From the IMG/VR virus record IMGVR_UViG_3300041964_000072, positions 32,001 to 96,000 of that record: a stretch of 64,000 bases of DNA. One strand, written 5' to 3'. The stretch is from a virus. The notes beneath the pieces are model-generated. The model did not search any database, had not been told where the DNA came from, and saw nothing but the letters and a program-made list of their open reading frames with translations. Positions within the stretch are counted from its first letter, which is position 1. The number at the start of each line of letters is the position of its first letter. The translations under genes were made by a program, and so were the position numbers. Shown piece after piece: positions 17,816 through 27,310 of the stretch.

Positions 17816-19414
17816 TTATTCCAAGTTTTTATTTTTCTTAGGTCTACCTCGCTTCTTTTTAGGAGCAGGAGCGGGAGCGGGAGGAGTTCCCATAGTGGTA
17901 TTCCATCCACGACTACCCATTTGCATAGGAGCGGGTGCTGGTGTGGCAACAGCTATTGGCTTGGAAGGTGCCCTAGCTGGAGTAGGTGCTGCTGGGGGTT
18001 TACCCATAGTCATGTTCCATCCCCGATTGCCCATAGCCGTAGGAGCGGGAGGCGCTACTGGAGATTGCCCCATATTTACGTTCCAGCCTTTATTCCCCAT
18101 AGCTGTAGGAGTGGCGGGAGCGAGAGCAGCAGGAGCAGCGGGGTTAGCTCTTATTTTGCGTCCTCTTCCAGATGGAGTGCTTTTCTTGCCTCTCAATAAC
18201 TGTTTTCCTCGTACAAGGTCTTTTCGGAGGGTTCGATTAGCCTGGAATCCACCCCCCTTTACTGCATTCGCACCAGCTCCAAGCGAACCAAGTACCCCTG
18301 TCCCCGACTTCCTTGCACCTTGAAAACCTGTTTTTGCTAGTCCTGCTGATTTTGCGATCGCTTTACCAATCCCGTAGCGACCTCCAAGACCGATCGCAGC
18401 AGCTCCCAGTCCTACACCAGCAGCTACTTTTGCAGCATTGCCTACAACACTACTTTTTTTCCTCCGCTGCCACGGAAACTCATAGAAGTCTGCATAATAC
18501 AGATCTTCGATTTCATCCATTGTGAAAGCGGCTAAGACTTGATCATTTTGAGAGAATCTTCCTTGATATGCCATAGGTGAGGGAGGTTGGTTTATAGGGG
18601 TTTGCATCTGTTGTTGCATTTCCTGCTCATAATCAGCATCTCTTTGCAAGGGAAGGTATTCGGGTAGAGTTTCTTGGAATTCGTTTAGCACTTGTTGGTA
18701 GTAGATTTCTCTGCTTTGTCCTTGCAATTCTTGATCAGAGAGATTAGTAATGTTATCTACTACGTCATATAAAGTGTCTAGTAGTTTATGACCTTCCTCC
18801 CTCATCCCATCAAGCTCAGCAGATTCGGCAAGAGCGTCTGATAAAGTCAGTGCGCTCATAAAGTGGGCTAACTGCTCCTTACGCCTGGAAAATAGAGTTG
18901 CTTGAGATAATGCGCCAATCCCTACCAAAGATAACTCTCTGATAACATTTTGGGCAAAATCTACACCACAAGATACTGTTTTTCCAATACCATTTTTAAG
19001 TTTTTGTATTACGGCAGGGTCTTTGATTTTGGCAGCATTACAGAAGATTCCATAACGTCCGATTAAATTTTTTAATTTAGGCTTTTGAGCGACATCATAT
19101 TCATTGATAATCCTAGCTTCCAATGGTTCATCAATAATGCCGACAGCGCTATCAATATCTTTCTGATGTTCCTTAAAAATACTGATGTCGGATTCTTCAA
19201 GAAATTCATTTGTATTCTCTACTATTTCTTGAATATCATCAGCAGTTACAATCCAAGTCCTACCTTTAGAATCCTTGTGTCCGACATCATCGCTTTCATA
19301 AAAAATAAGACCTGACTGGACAAGTTCTTCAGGACTTTCTTCAACAGTAGTAGCAAATGAGGCGCATTGTAATGGTTGTATTTGGGCTACGGGGACGTGT
19401 CTTCGTTTTGCCAT
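17816..19414 (-). CDS. Prohead protease (HK97/Mu-type fold) fused to an acidic helical region and a basic glycine-zipper tail
   Basis: N-terminal FKEHQKD..SAVGII (His), KTVSCG (Ser) and RELSLVGIGA match HK97-family protease motifs; C-terminal third resembles 16747/17337. Confidence 0.75.
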   Translation of the reverse strand: MAKRRHVPVAQIQPLQCASFATTVEESPEELVQSGLIFYESDDVGHKDSKGRTWIVTADDIQEIVENTNEFLEESDISIFKEHQKDIDSAVGIIDEPLEARIINEYDVAQKPKLKNLIGRYGIFCNAAKIKDPAVIQKLKNGIGKTVSCGVDFAQNVIRELSLVGIGALSQATLFSRRKEQLAHFMSALTLSDALAESAELDGMREEGHKLLDTLYDVVDNITNLSDQELQGQSREIYYQQVLNEFQETLPEYLPLQRDADYEQEMQQQMQTPINQPPSPMAYQGRFSQNDQVLAAFTMDEIEDLYYADFYEFPWQRRKKSSVVGNAAKVAAGVGLGAAAIGLGGRYGIGKAIAKSAGLAKTGFQGARKSGTGVLGSLGAGANAVKGGGFQANRTLRKDLVRGKQLLRGKKSTPSGRGRKIRANPAAPAALAPATPTAMGNKGWNVNMGQSPVAPPAPTAMGNRGWNMTMGKPPAAPTPARAPSKPIAVATPAPAPMQMGSRGWNTTMGTPPAPAPAPKKKRGRPKKNKNLE

Positions 19415-19420
19415 AAGTGC

Positions 19421-21064
19421 TTAAGGTAATGGCACTCGATAGTTTCCCGTGAAAACATTTGGTTTGCTTCGGTGCTTTTGTTTTTTATATGCAGAAAATA
19501 ATACTAAGCTATCTGATTTCAATTCTATATCTTTTATAAGGTTTATGGGGTACTTACTAAACTGTCCTTTACGCTGTTTTTCTAATAATCTTTGTTCTAG
19601 ACTTTTATTTAATTCTTTAATGTCTTTTCTGAGCTTAGCCTGTTTTTCAGCGATTTCTCTTTGAGATAAGGTGTTGCCTTTTCCTACCTCTTTTTCTATT
19701 GTCGCAATCTGTTTTTTGATAGCCTCTTGAGTAAGTTCGATACTCTCTTTTGCTTGAGGTGTTTTTGCTTTTTGTGCGGCAAGTTCTAGATTACCAAGGG
19801 TTCTATCCCAACGAAAAACATCTTTATTGTTTAGTTGTCCTAATTCTTTTCGCTTCTTGACAATATCTTTGTAAATCTGCATTTTTCTGATCATATTACC
19901 TCTCGATGCATTGATCTGTCGGGTAACATTCTCTCGATAATTCCGAGAACGATCATTGATCAGAGGTATAACCGATGCTTTCTCTTTGGCTGTGATTAGT
20001 TTTGTATGCTTTAGCCGATCATGGATAGGTACATCGGATACATACGATTTCAAACCTCTACCCAAACGTCGATATACACCGACACCATCGGTACGGTAGG
20101 AAGCCTCGGATAATAGTTTGCTGTATTTTCGTTTATCATCTTTGGAGATATTGGTCAAATCCATGATCTCCAGATGCTTGTCAAACCCTTGGTCGTAATT
20201 TACATTACCCTTTTTTTGACTTGTTCTGGGTGGGTTTTGTAATGGGTTTCCGCTAACATCTCGGATAATACGTCCTCTGGAATCCCGATAAATATCTGGA
20301 ACGTTCTCATCTAAGGTTTCAAACAATTGATTTGCCTTGGCTTCTAGTTTTTTGGCTTCTGCTTGAAGGGCTTTTCTTTGTCCATAAGTAATGTTTGGGT
20401 CTTGAAGAATATTCCCAATCTCCCCTGCTCGTTCTTGCAGCTCTGATAGTTCCTTACTCAGAACCTTTGTTTTGCCTTCAGGAGTCCTGGGAGTCCGCTT
20501 GGGGGGAGGAGAGATAACTGGAGAAGAGGGGATCGCCTCAATCGCTGACGTAGGGGCAACCGGAGTAGGAGCAGTGCTGACTTCCGGGATCTCGTTTATT
20601 ACCTTTTGGAGGTTCGGGGTAGGCGTACTTGGCGTACCTTTGTTAACTGTAATAATTCGAGGTTTGCCTCTCCTAGCTTTTGCCGCTGCTGGTGCTACAG
20701 GCACTCTAGGCACAGGAGAAGGTGATGGAGGTAGATTTATGGCAGGAGGAGCTGACGGAGGTAAGTTAATAACAGGAGAAGTTACACGCACATTTACAGC
20801 AGGTGTAGGAAGTGCCTGTAGTATCGCTGCGGTTTCTTTTTTTGATACATTCTGCGATCGCCTCAATACCGAAGCGGCTTGTTTGAAGCCCTTTCTGCTT
20901 CCCAGTAAATATGCTCCGGTTATACCTGTTCCGACAAGTCCAGTAACTCCCGCTCCGAGAAGAAAACCCTTTTTTCTGTCATTAGCTCTACGGGAATGTC
21001 TCCTAACAGTAGAAAATCCTTTTCCAGTGCGACGGAGATAGGACTTTACTTCCTTTTTATTCAT
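19421..21064 (-). CDS. Large basic protein with hydrophobic Gly segment, Pro-rich linker and coiled coil (candidate internal/ejection protein)
   Basis: MNKKEVKSYLRRTGKGFSTVRRHSRR, GFLLGAGVTGLVGTGITGAYLLG, Pro-rich stretch, helical C-terminus; lies between MuF and protease. Confidence 0.7.
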   Translation of the reverse strand: MNKKEVKSYLRRTGKGFSTVRRHSRRANDRKKGFLLGAGVTGLVGTGITGAYLLGSRKGFKQAASVLRRSQNVSKKETAAILQALPTPAVNVRVTSPVINLPPSAPPAINLPPSPSPVPRVPVAPAAAKARRGKPRIITVNKGTPSTPTPNLQKVINEIPEVSTAPTPVAPTSAIEAIPSSPVISPPPKRTPRTPEGKTKVLSKELSELQERAGEIGNILQDPNITYGQRKALQAEAKKLEAKANQLFETLDENVPDIYRDSRGRIIRDVSGNPLQNPPRTSQKKGNVNYDQGFDKHLEIMDLTNISKDDKRKYSKLLSEASYRTDGVGVYRRLGRGLKSYVSDVPIHDRLKHTKLITAKEKASVIPLINDRSRNYRENVTRQINASRGNMIRKMQIYKDIVKKRKELGQLNNKDVFRWDRTLGNLELAAQKAKTPQAKESIELTQEAIKKQIATIEKEVGKGNTLSQREIAEKQAKLRKDIKELNKSLEQRLLEKQRKGQFSKYPINLIKDIELKSDSLVLFSAYKKQKHRSKPNVFTGNYRVPLP

Positions 21065-21068
21065 AATT

Positions 21069-23144
21069 TTAATGCTTTACTGTTAATATTTTAGCTTTCC
21101 TGAATAGGGCTAAATTGGGATAATTTCTTTGTAAATTAGCGTCACCTTCAGTAGATGCTCGAATCAAGTCAACAAGTCGTTTCTGTTGCCTAGCCTTTAC
21201 TTTGAGATTCATTTTTTTGTATCTTTGAGTTATGTAAAAAACCTTATTTGGATTATATTTTGTACCATTTATAGAGAGGCTATAAGTGGGATAAGCCCTA
21301 CTTACTTGTTCAAACAATCCCTGAATATTTCGGATAAATGGACTATCTTCCTGCAATAAAGAATCCATTTCGTCTACATCCCGGATAGTCTGGATGATGC
21401 GATTATTTAAAATATCAGATTCGCCTATCAAGTTTCCTGCTGTAGGATCGTCTATCATCGACATTAAGCGATTAGTCTTCCGGGCAACCCCTGTCAGCTC
21501 AGCATTAATAAGTAAAAATTGATTTTCCATATTCAAGAGCCGTTGAAGCTCTCTACGCAATTCCGCCAACAACGGTTTTGCCGACTGCCTTGCGGCTAAT
21601 AGCTGTTGCTGTTGTTGTACTTGCTGTTGTACTGCTGGAGACTCTATCGCTTTTTGGGTAGCCTCTACCTCTGGCTCAGCAATAGGTGAAATCAAGTCCT
21701 CTACTGTTTTAACGCCCGGAACAAATTCAAGTATTTCAGACATAACTCTTTCCTTAATCTCTTTGACATATTCTGGATGAGACTTGAGGTAAAAGTAGTA
21801 CATCAAGCCAATCGACAATATAGAGGTTGTGACAAAGAGTAGTTTTAAGCGTTCCTGGTCTTCCTGTTGTTTTTTGAGTTCTTGTAGTTGATAATATAGG
21901 CTTAACGTTTCATAGGTATTTGGGTTTAACATCAATAATGCTTCCTGAGTAAGAAAGGAAGTTATTGCTTTACCTACCACACCCTTAATAATGCCTTGCT
22001 TTTGCTGTGCAACACCTCCCTGCAAAGTGTTGCGAATACGCTCAATCTCATCTTCTGGTGTCTTTCCTGCTGCAATTAATCGTTCAAGATCTTTTTGGTT
22101 TCGGATTGGCTCTAGAAAGCAGTCACAAAAAGGATGGACTGGCGGATAAGGATGGGTGGTTTGTCTTTGTGCAGGTTTTTTGGTATCAACTCTACGGAAG
22201 TCTGTAAAAAAATAACTCTTCAAATCTGGGACAAGGCTTACTAAGCGCCCATCCATGCTCGTACACAACTCGCACGTCTCTCGCCCAGACATCCTCCAAA
22301 TAAAATCCGACACCCCTCTTGATAGAAATCGGTCTGCACGTCCTAGATTATAGGCGGCGTTAATCTCTGTTTGTGCAATACGATCAATCCTATTGATCGG
22401 ATTAATTTTATAGAAAGCGCTGTCATAGGATTCGGGGTCAGATGCGATCGCATCTTTCAAACCATACGTTCCTTTAATCTGTTTCAAACGATCAGGGTTG
22501 ACGTTCTTTTGGATTTCAGATAACTGACGCTGGTTTAGTAGGGGTAAGAGTTCCTTTCGCTCTGCTGGGGTCAAGTCCGTGAACCGCTTAAAGCTGAGCC
22601 TATTGATTAAGGTACGTTCCTTGTTGGTAGTCAAGCCTACGTTTACATCGGATTTGATATAACGGCTGATTGAGTCTCTAATTTTGCGAGTATATTCATT
22701 GGTAAAAGATCTCGCAATCACGTTATTACGTTCATTCAGGTATATTTGCCCAAACTCCGTTGTAGCAATTGGAGTCCTACCTTCATACTGAATAGTACGT
22801 CGCTTCTCTCGTCCTGATCTCGTTTTGATGCGAGAAGCTGCTTCATCTTTGCTTAGGTTGTCTGCCAGAAACTCAGCAATATCAGTAGATTCATTGAATT
22901 TCGCAAGTGATTCCTGCCCATAGGAAAAGCCCTGATTCCAAAGACCTGTCAGCTCTCCTTTAAGTATGGATGTGAAAGGAATATCAATCCTTTCTAGGAC
23001 TTTTGGATCTTTGTCTATGAGAGGTTTTATGTTCTTTTTTAACCACTGCTCATAAGCGTTGTTGATTTTGGTAAATGTCCTTTGTACAAACTGATTTTTA
23101 TAATTTACTCGCTGGGAATTGCTGAATAAAGAGTCATATTTCAT
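21069..23144 (-). CDS. MuF (SPP1 gp7-like) head morphogenesis protein with long C-terminal extension
   Basis: RIDRIAQTEINAAYNLGR...CELCTSMDG...PPVHPFCDCFL MuF signature, followed by roughly 340 further residues. Confidence 0.85.
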   Translation of the reverse strand: MKYDSLFSNSQRVNYKNQFVQRTFTKINNAYEQWLKKNIKPLIDKDPKVLERIDIPFTSILKGELTGLWNQGFSYGQESLAKFNESTDIAEFLADNLSKDEAASRIKTRSGREKRRTIQYEGRTPIATTEFGQIYLNERNNVIARSFTNEYTRKIRDSISRYIKSDVNVGLTTNKERTLINRLSFKRFTDLTPAERKELLPLLNQRQLSEIQKNVNPDRLKQIKGTYGLKDAIASDPESYDSAFYKINPINRIDRIAQTEINAAYNLGRADRFLSRGVSDFIWRMSGRETCELCTSMDGRLVSLVPDLKSYFFTDFRRVDTKKPAQRQTTHPYPPVHPFCDCFLEPIRNQKDLERLIAAGKTPEDEIERIRNTLQGGVAQQKQGIIKGVVGKAITSFLTQEALLMLNPNTYETLSLYYQLQELKKQQEDQERLKLLFVTTSILSIGLMYYFYLKSHPEYVKEIKERVMSEILEFVPGVKTVEDLISPIAEPEVEATQKAIESPAVQQQVQQQQQLLAARQSAKPLLAELRRELQRLLNMENQFLLINAELTGVARKTNRLMSMIDDPTAGNLIGESDILNNRIIQTIRDVDEMDSLLQEDSPFIRNIQGLFEQVSRAYPTYSLSINGTKYNPNKVFYITQRYKKMNLKVKARQQKRLVDLIRASTEGDANLQRNYPNLALFRKAKILTVKH

Positions 23145-23473
23145 CGCTTACTTCCCAGATTAAATTCATTAATTACGGCAAGGTGATCCTTATTTAAGCA
23201 CTGGCAATCACTGGCGATAGCAAGGGTACACCTCCCTATCAACATCACACACCAATCAATAAGCCCAGAATCAACAAGCTCACAAATAGCAGGTGATGGC
23301 AAATCCTTTATATTAAAGACAACGACCTTATCAGCCAATGATGTGGTGTCTACCTCAATTTCCATCAAGTATTGGAACTTGGAAAGTGATGTCTCTATAG
23401 ATGCGATTAATTTATTATGATCTTGGTATTTATAATGTCTGCACAGATAGTCAATAAATTCGAGCGGAGTCAT
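23141..23473 (-). CDS. Hypothetical protein
   Basis: 110 aa ORF overlapping the MuF start (coupled). Confidence 0.6.
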   Translation of the reverse strand: MTPLEFIDYLCRHYKYQDHNKLIASIETSLSKFQYLMEIEVDTTSLADKVVVFNIKDLPSPAICELVDSGLIDWCVMLIGRCTLAIASDCQCLNKDHLAVINEFNLGSKR

Positions 23474-23613
23474 TCTTGAGGGGTAGGCGTTTTGGGAGTT
23501 TGATGTATATATCTATTCTAGGCAAATTTGTATTGTCGAAAGGTTTTTTGTTGGCTAGAATAAAAACATATAACTACTGCATATAACAACCTGTTAACCA
23601 AATCTCTCACTGT

Positions 23614-23937
23614 ATGACATTACGTTTTTCTCGTCCCGAAACTATTGAAGCAATCAAGCAAGAGCTGGGTGATAGTGCCAGCAAAGATCTTATCTCGAAG
23701 GTCATTACATCCTACGATAAAGTGGTAGCGACCGCACTTGTCCAGGGAAATACTGTACAGACCAAATTAGGAGTGTATCAACTGTACCAGACTAAATCTA
23801 CCTTCCGACGCGATCCCCGCACCGGAGATCCGATTCATGTCCCTGCAAAAAACAGGGTGAGATATACTCCTAACGCTAAACTGCGTCAAGAGGTAGAATC
23901 ACTGCCTGTCCAAGACACCGAACTCGTAGCAGCCTAA
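23614..23937 (+). CDS. hup: HU/IHF-family DNA-binding protein
   Basis: ALVQGNTVQTKLGVY...RRDPRTGDPIHVPAKNRVRYTPNAKLRQEV. Confidence 0.85.
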   Translation: MTLRFSRPETIEAIKQELGDSASKDLISKVITSYDKVVATALVQGNTVQTKLGVYQLYQTKSTFRRDPRTGDPIHVPAKNRVRYTPNAKLRQEVESLPVQDTELVAA

Positions 23938-23948
23938 GCTGTCGATTT

Positions 23949-24374
23949 ATGGAAATTAACTTAGATGCTGTAAAAGCGCTGCTCGATTGGTTGGACAGCA
24001 GCCCTACAGATTGCGACGGCTTCAGTAACTTGGCTTATGCTGCACTCCTGGAAGCTGAAGTCCCTTCCGAACTGATGATTGGGTGTGTCACTATTTTTGA
24101 GGAAGACTTTGCCCCGCATTATTGGGTACAGCTTCAGCTAGATGCTGAATATATTGTGGATTACCGTAGCCATCGCTGGGTAAGTCCAGAACCGCTACCC
24201 GTTATCCCTCGTGGAATATTTCGAGCAGAGGATTATCCTGAAGTCATATACGCTGGAATGACTTTACCTATCCAGGAAGCCCATAAAAAAGAATATGCGT
24301 TTTTGATGCGATCGCTCCTCACCCATTCGTTTGAGATGGATCTCTATCTCAACAAACATCTGTATGGCTCTTAA
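23949..24374 (+). CDS. Transglutaminase/papain-like fold hypothetical protein
   Basis: DCDG...PHYWV...IVDYR pattern (Cys-His-Asp-like). Confidence 0.45.
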   Translation: MEINLDAVKALLDWLDSSPTDCDGFSNLAYAALLEAEVPSELMIGCVTIFEEDFAPHYWVQLQLDAEYIVDYRSHRWVSPEPLPVIPRGIFRAEDYPEVIYAGMTLPIQEAHKKEYAFLMRSLLTHSFEMDLYLNKHLYGS

Positions 24375-24789
24375 TTTTGGCGAACAAGTACGATTGATGC
24401 AATCAGGGGAGTTCAACGATATGATCGGAAAACTCCTAATCAAATACTCTATTCGTACCTTGCGAGAGGCGGCAAAAACTCCGGGGTCAGTTCCTCCAGA
24501 GAAGCTTGCTTTAGCACGCTCTGTCGAAAAACAAGAGAACCCTAGTTATGCTATGCGTGTCGTTGCATTTGTGGCATTAACTTCGGATGAAATCTTTTCC
24601 GAATATGATGCTGCTGAACGGATTATTGAGGGATTTAAAGACAATAGTTTGGTCGGAAAAATCTTCTCTGTCTTCGATAGTTCCTGGAAGATATTTGCTC
24701 CAGAACCCCCTCCAGAGCAACCCACTACATCACCGAAACCTGCGACCTCTCCAACCCCCCTCACAACGACAACTGCGGTGAGACTCTAG
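24364..24789 (+). CDS. Hypothetical protein (start adjusted to ATG MALNFGEQ)
   Basis: Open frame overlapping the previous stop; Pro/Thr-rich C-terminus. Confidence 0.6.
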   Translation: MALNFGEQVRLMQSGEFNDMIGKLLIKYSIRTLREAAKTPGSVPPEKLALARSVEKQENPSYAMRVVAFVALTSDEIFSEYDAAERIIEGFKDNSLVGKIFSVFDSSWKIFAPEPPPEQPTTSPKPATSPTPLTTTTAVRL

Positions 24790-24828
24790 ATTCCGAATAT
24801 TTCAGTAATTTTTCTAAATCAATAATCC

Positions 24829-25395
24829 ATGTCTCCGGCTAAAATCTTTTATGATTTTGAGTTTGCAGAGAATGGTTCGATTATCCTTCCTATTTCTTTA
24901 GGATTGGTTGCTGAGGATAACAATGAGATTTATTTGGTAAACGAGTCCTTTGATCCCGCTGATGCGAATGATTGGGTAAGGGATAATGTATTGCCCTACC
25001 TTTATTCTGTCGAGTGCAAAGATACTCAAACCGTACCATTTGCAAAGATGGGGAGTGTTGTCTATGAATGGCTTTCTCAATATATTAGGGATGAAGATTT
25101 AGGGTTAATCGGCTATTACGCTGACTATGATCATGTCTCGCTATGTCAGCTCTGGGGAAGGATGATAGACTTACCTCCCAAAATACCGATGTGGACACGG
25201 GACATTAAACAATGGGCATCAGACCTGGGCAACCCCCAGTTACCGGAAACTGGTAAGGAGGGAACAGAAGGGAATCCACATCACGGACTGGTAGGGGCAC
25301 GCTGGAACAAAAGCGCCTACCGTTGGTTAGTTACTAATTTCGATCATCCTGCATGGAGTGGGCAGTATATGCAAAAAAGTAGTTGTCTAGCGTAA
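24829..25395 (+). CDS. DEDD 3'-5' exo(ribo)nuclease, Rv2179c-like
   Basis: IFYDFEF...ISLGLVAED...YADYDHVSLCQLWG...WTRDIKQ...HHGLVGARW. Confidence 0.8.
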   Translation: MSPAKIFYDFEFAENGSIILPISLGLVAEDNNEIYLVNESFDPADANDWVRDNVLPYLYSVECKDTQTVPFAKMGSVVYEWLSQYIRDEDLGLIGYYADYDHVSLCQLWGRMIDLPPKIPMWTRDIKQWASDLGNPQLPETGKEGTEGNPHHGLVGARWNKSAYRWLVTNFDHPAWSGQYMQKSSCLA

Positions 25396-25401
25396 AAAAT
25401 C

Positions 25402-25713
25402 ATGACTGATACCCTTGTCTTTGAGATCTTGAAAATGTGTCTAGGACAAAAAGCGGTAGTAGATATCTATACCCCGTCAGACATGTTCATTGACGCTCAC
25501 TTAGTTAAATTGTCCGACGAGTATGTAGTCTTTACGAGTACCGAGCTAGATTTTCAGCCTGAAGACTTACTGGCAAGCGTGGGTTGTTCTGGCAATTTGA
25601 AAGAATCCCTTCCTAAAGGAGATAGCAAAATTAAGCAGTTTTGCTGGAAGATATCCGATATTAATGGAGTTAGCCACACACTCGCTACCTTCCCATCCGA
25701 TACGGATAATTAG
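25402..25713 (+). CDS. Hypothetical protein
   Basis: 103 aa ORF ending the + strand block, converging on terL. Confidence 0.6.
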   Translation: MTDTLVFEILKMCLGQKAVVDIYTPSDMFIDAHLVKLSDEYVVFTSTELDFQPEDLLASVGCSGNLKESLPKGDSKIKQFCWKISDINGVSHTLATFPSDTDN

Positions 25714-27293
25714 CCAAACAACTGCCTAAAGTATGTGGTAGTTGTGGGGATTTGATACTGAGCGGGAATCTCAAATAACTTCTTGGCTTCAGCCGTTTCA
25801 TTGAAGCTATTAGTCCCCATAACAACTGATGATGTATTTCGTTCTAGAGTAAGGTAATTGATGCCCTGTGCGATCGCATCTACCTGATCATCATATTTCC
25901 CATTGGGGAAGGCTAATAATTCTGCAATCAATTCTTGTACCCACGGATATCGCTGGGGATTTGGAAAATAAATATTACCACTGGTGAAAAAAGGGAGTGA
26001 AGCGAGAAGCCGCTCCTCTTTGCTTTTGGTAGGGCTTACTGCATGAATGCCTGGTATTTGATTTTCAAGCATTTGAATAAGTGGACTACCATTTGATTTC
26101 CGCTCAACAATCTTTGCTCGTACTGGGAATGTGTGGCAAAGCTGTTTGAAGAGGTTGATTTGAGCAGGGAAATCTATCTGCCCACGCACGGCATGGAAGA
26201 CATAGATATTAGCAAGAATACGCCCAAGGATAATGAACGAGCTGTAGTTTGATTCCTGTGTGGATTCTGTTGCTAAATCGACGGTGAGAATAACATCATT
26301 GCATAGGCTAATATCGGGTAAATTATCAGTGAATTTTAAGTATTCTGTCTTGACATAAGCACCGTCAGAACCCGATGGATTTTGCTGGTAAATCGCTTGC
26401 CAAGTTAGCGGGTTTTTCTTTTCAATATGATAGTAATCGCCATCAAAACGACTTGGACAGATTAAATCCCCTTCCTTCTTTCTGGGATCATTTCGCCCAA
26501 TCGGTGATGCAATCATCAATTTGGGTTCGTATTCTGCGGGAAGGATTACTTGTGTCCAACCTGGCTCATTTTCAAGCACATAATCCGTAATATCTCCATT
26601 CGCTAGTCGCTGCTGAATTAAAAGTTTTCTGGCTGTTCTTGAATTATTTGCACGATTTCGGAGTACATTTTTGTAGAAATTTACTGCCTTAATAATTGCC
26701 GCTTGGGAATAAATGGCATCTGAAGAGTTAAGGTCATCCATTATCAAACTGGTGTAACCCAAACCTAATATCTGAGTGGTTGGTGTCACTCCAAGTCGGT
26801 AGCCTTTTTCGTTGTTATCGAAGCGTAATTTTGTGTTGCTATCAGAAGTCAATCTGAATCGCTTGTGCTTATCAATCCAATGCGTTTTGTACCAATTGCT
26901 TGTAATTAATGAACGACATTTAATGGAGAGGTCAACCACTAAGCGCTCAGTATGGCTTGCTGCCATAATCTTTTCAGAAGGATTACGCAGCCATAGCCAT
27001 GCCGGATAAACAACGCTACATAGTAGTGACTTACCTAGTCGGGGATGTAGATTGATAATTAAGTTTTGGCAATGAGGATCACCTTTTGCTTGAGCAGTCA
27101 GATGATCTGCAATAAGGTCTAGATGCCAGCAACTTAGGTATTTTTCGGATTCAATCTCATTCCATGCTCTGATGAAAAAATGCCTAAGACTTTCCTCTGC
27201 CAACTTATAATCTTCATCAATAAGTTGGCGTTCAAGATCGAGTAGTTTTTGTGAGTTAGATGGCATTAAAAAGGGACAAGAATCCCCTTTCAA
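25710..27293 (-). CDS. terL: Terminase large subunit
   Basis: INLHPRLGKS (Walker A variant), LIMDD (Walker B), LIQQRL, C-terminal LTVDLA and GKYDDQVDA nuclease motifs. Confidence 0.92.
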   Translation of the reverse strand: MKGDSCPFLMPSNSQKLLDLERQLIDEDYKLAEESLRHFFIRAWNEIESEKYLSCWHLDLIADHLTAQAKGDPHCQNLIINLHPRLGKSLLCSVVYPAWLWLRNPSEKIMAASHTERLVVDLSIKCRSLITSNWYKTHWIDKHKRFRLTSDSNTKLRFDNNEKGYRLGVTPTTQILGLGYTSLIMDDLNSSDAIYSQAAIIKAVNFYKNVLRNRANNSRTARKLLIQQRLANGDITDYVLENEPGWTQVILPAEYEPKLMIASPIGRNDPRKKEGDLICPSRFDGDYYHIEKKNPLTWQAIYQQNPSGSDGAYVKTEYLKFTDNLPDISLCNDVILTVDLATESTQESNYSSFIILGRILANIYVFHAVRGQIDFPAQINLFKQLCHTFPVRAKIVERKSNGSPLIQMLENQIPGIHAVSPTKSKEERLLASLPFFTSGNIYFPNPQRYPWVQELIAELLAFPNGKYDDQVDAIAQGINYLTLERNTSSVVMGTNSFNETAEAKKLFEIPAQYQIPTTTTYFRQLFG

Positions 27294-27310
27294 AACACAG
27301 GTTTTTTATG

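Noticed and set aside
16920-18110. GWN repeats as a CRISPR array or DNA-level repeat element
   Set aside because: Repeats are in-frame, vary at synonymous positions and have irregular spacing; no cas genes or constant repeat-spacer geometry
16298-21041. Long + strand ORFs (16298, 16775, 17350, 17786, 17790, 20472)
   Set aside because: Mirror frames of low-complexity Pro/Ala/Gly minus-strand genes; no RBS or independent motifs
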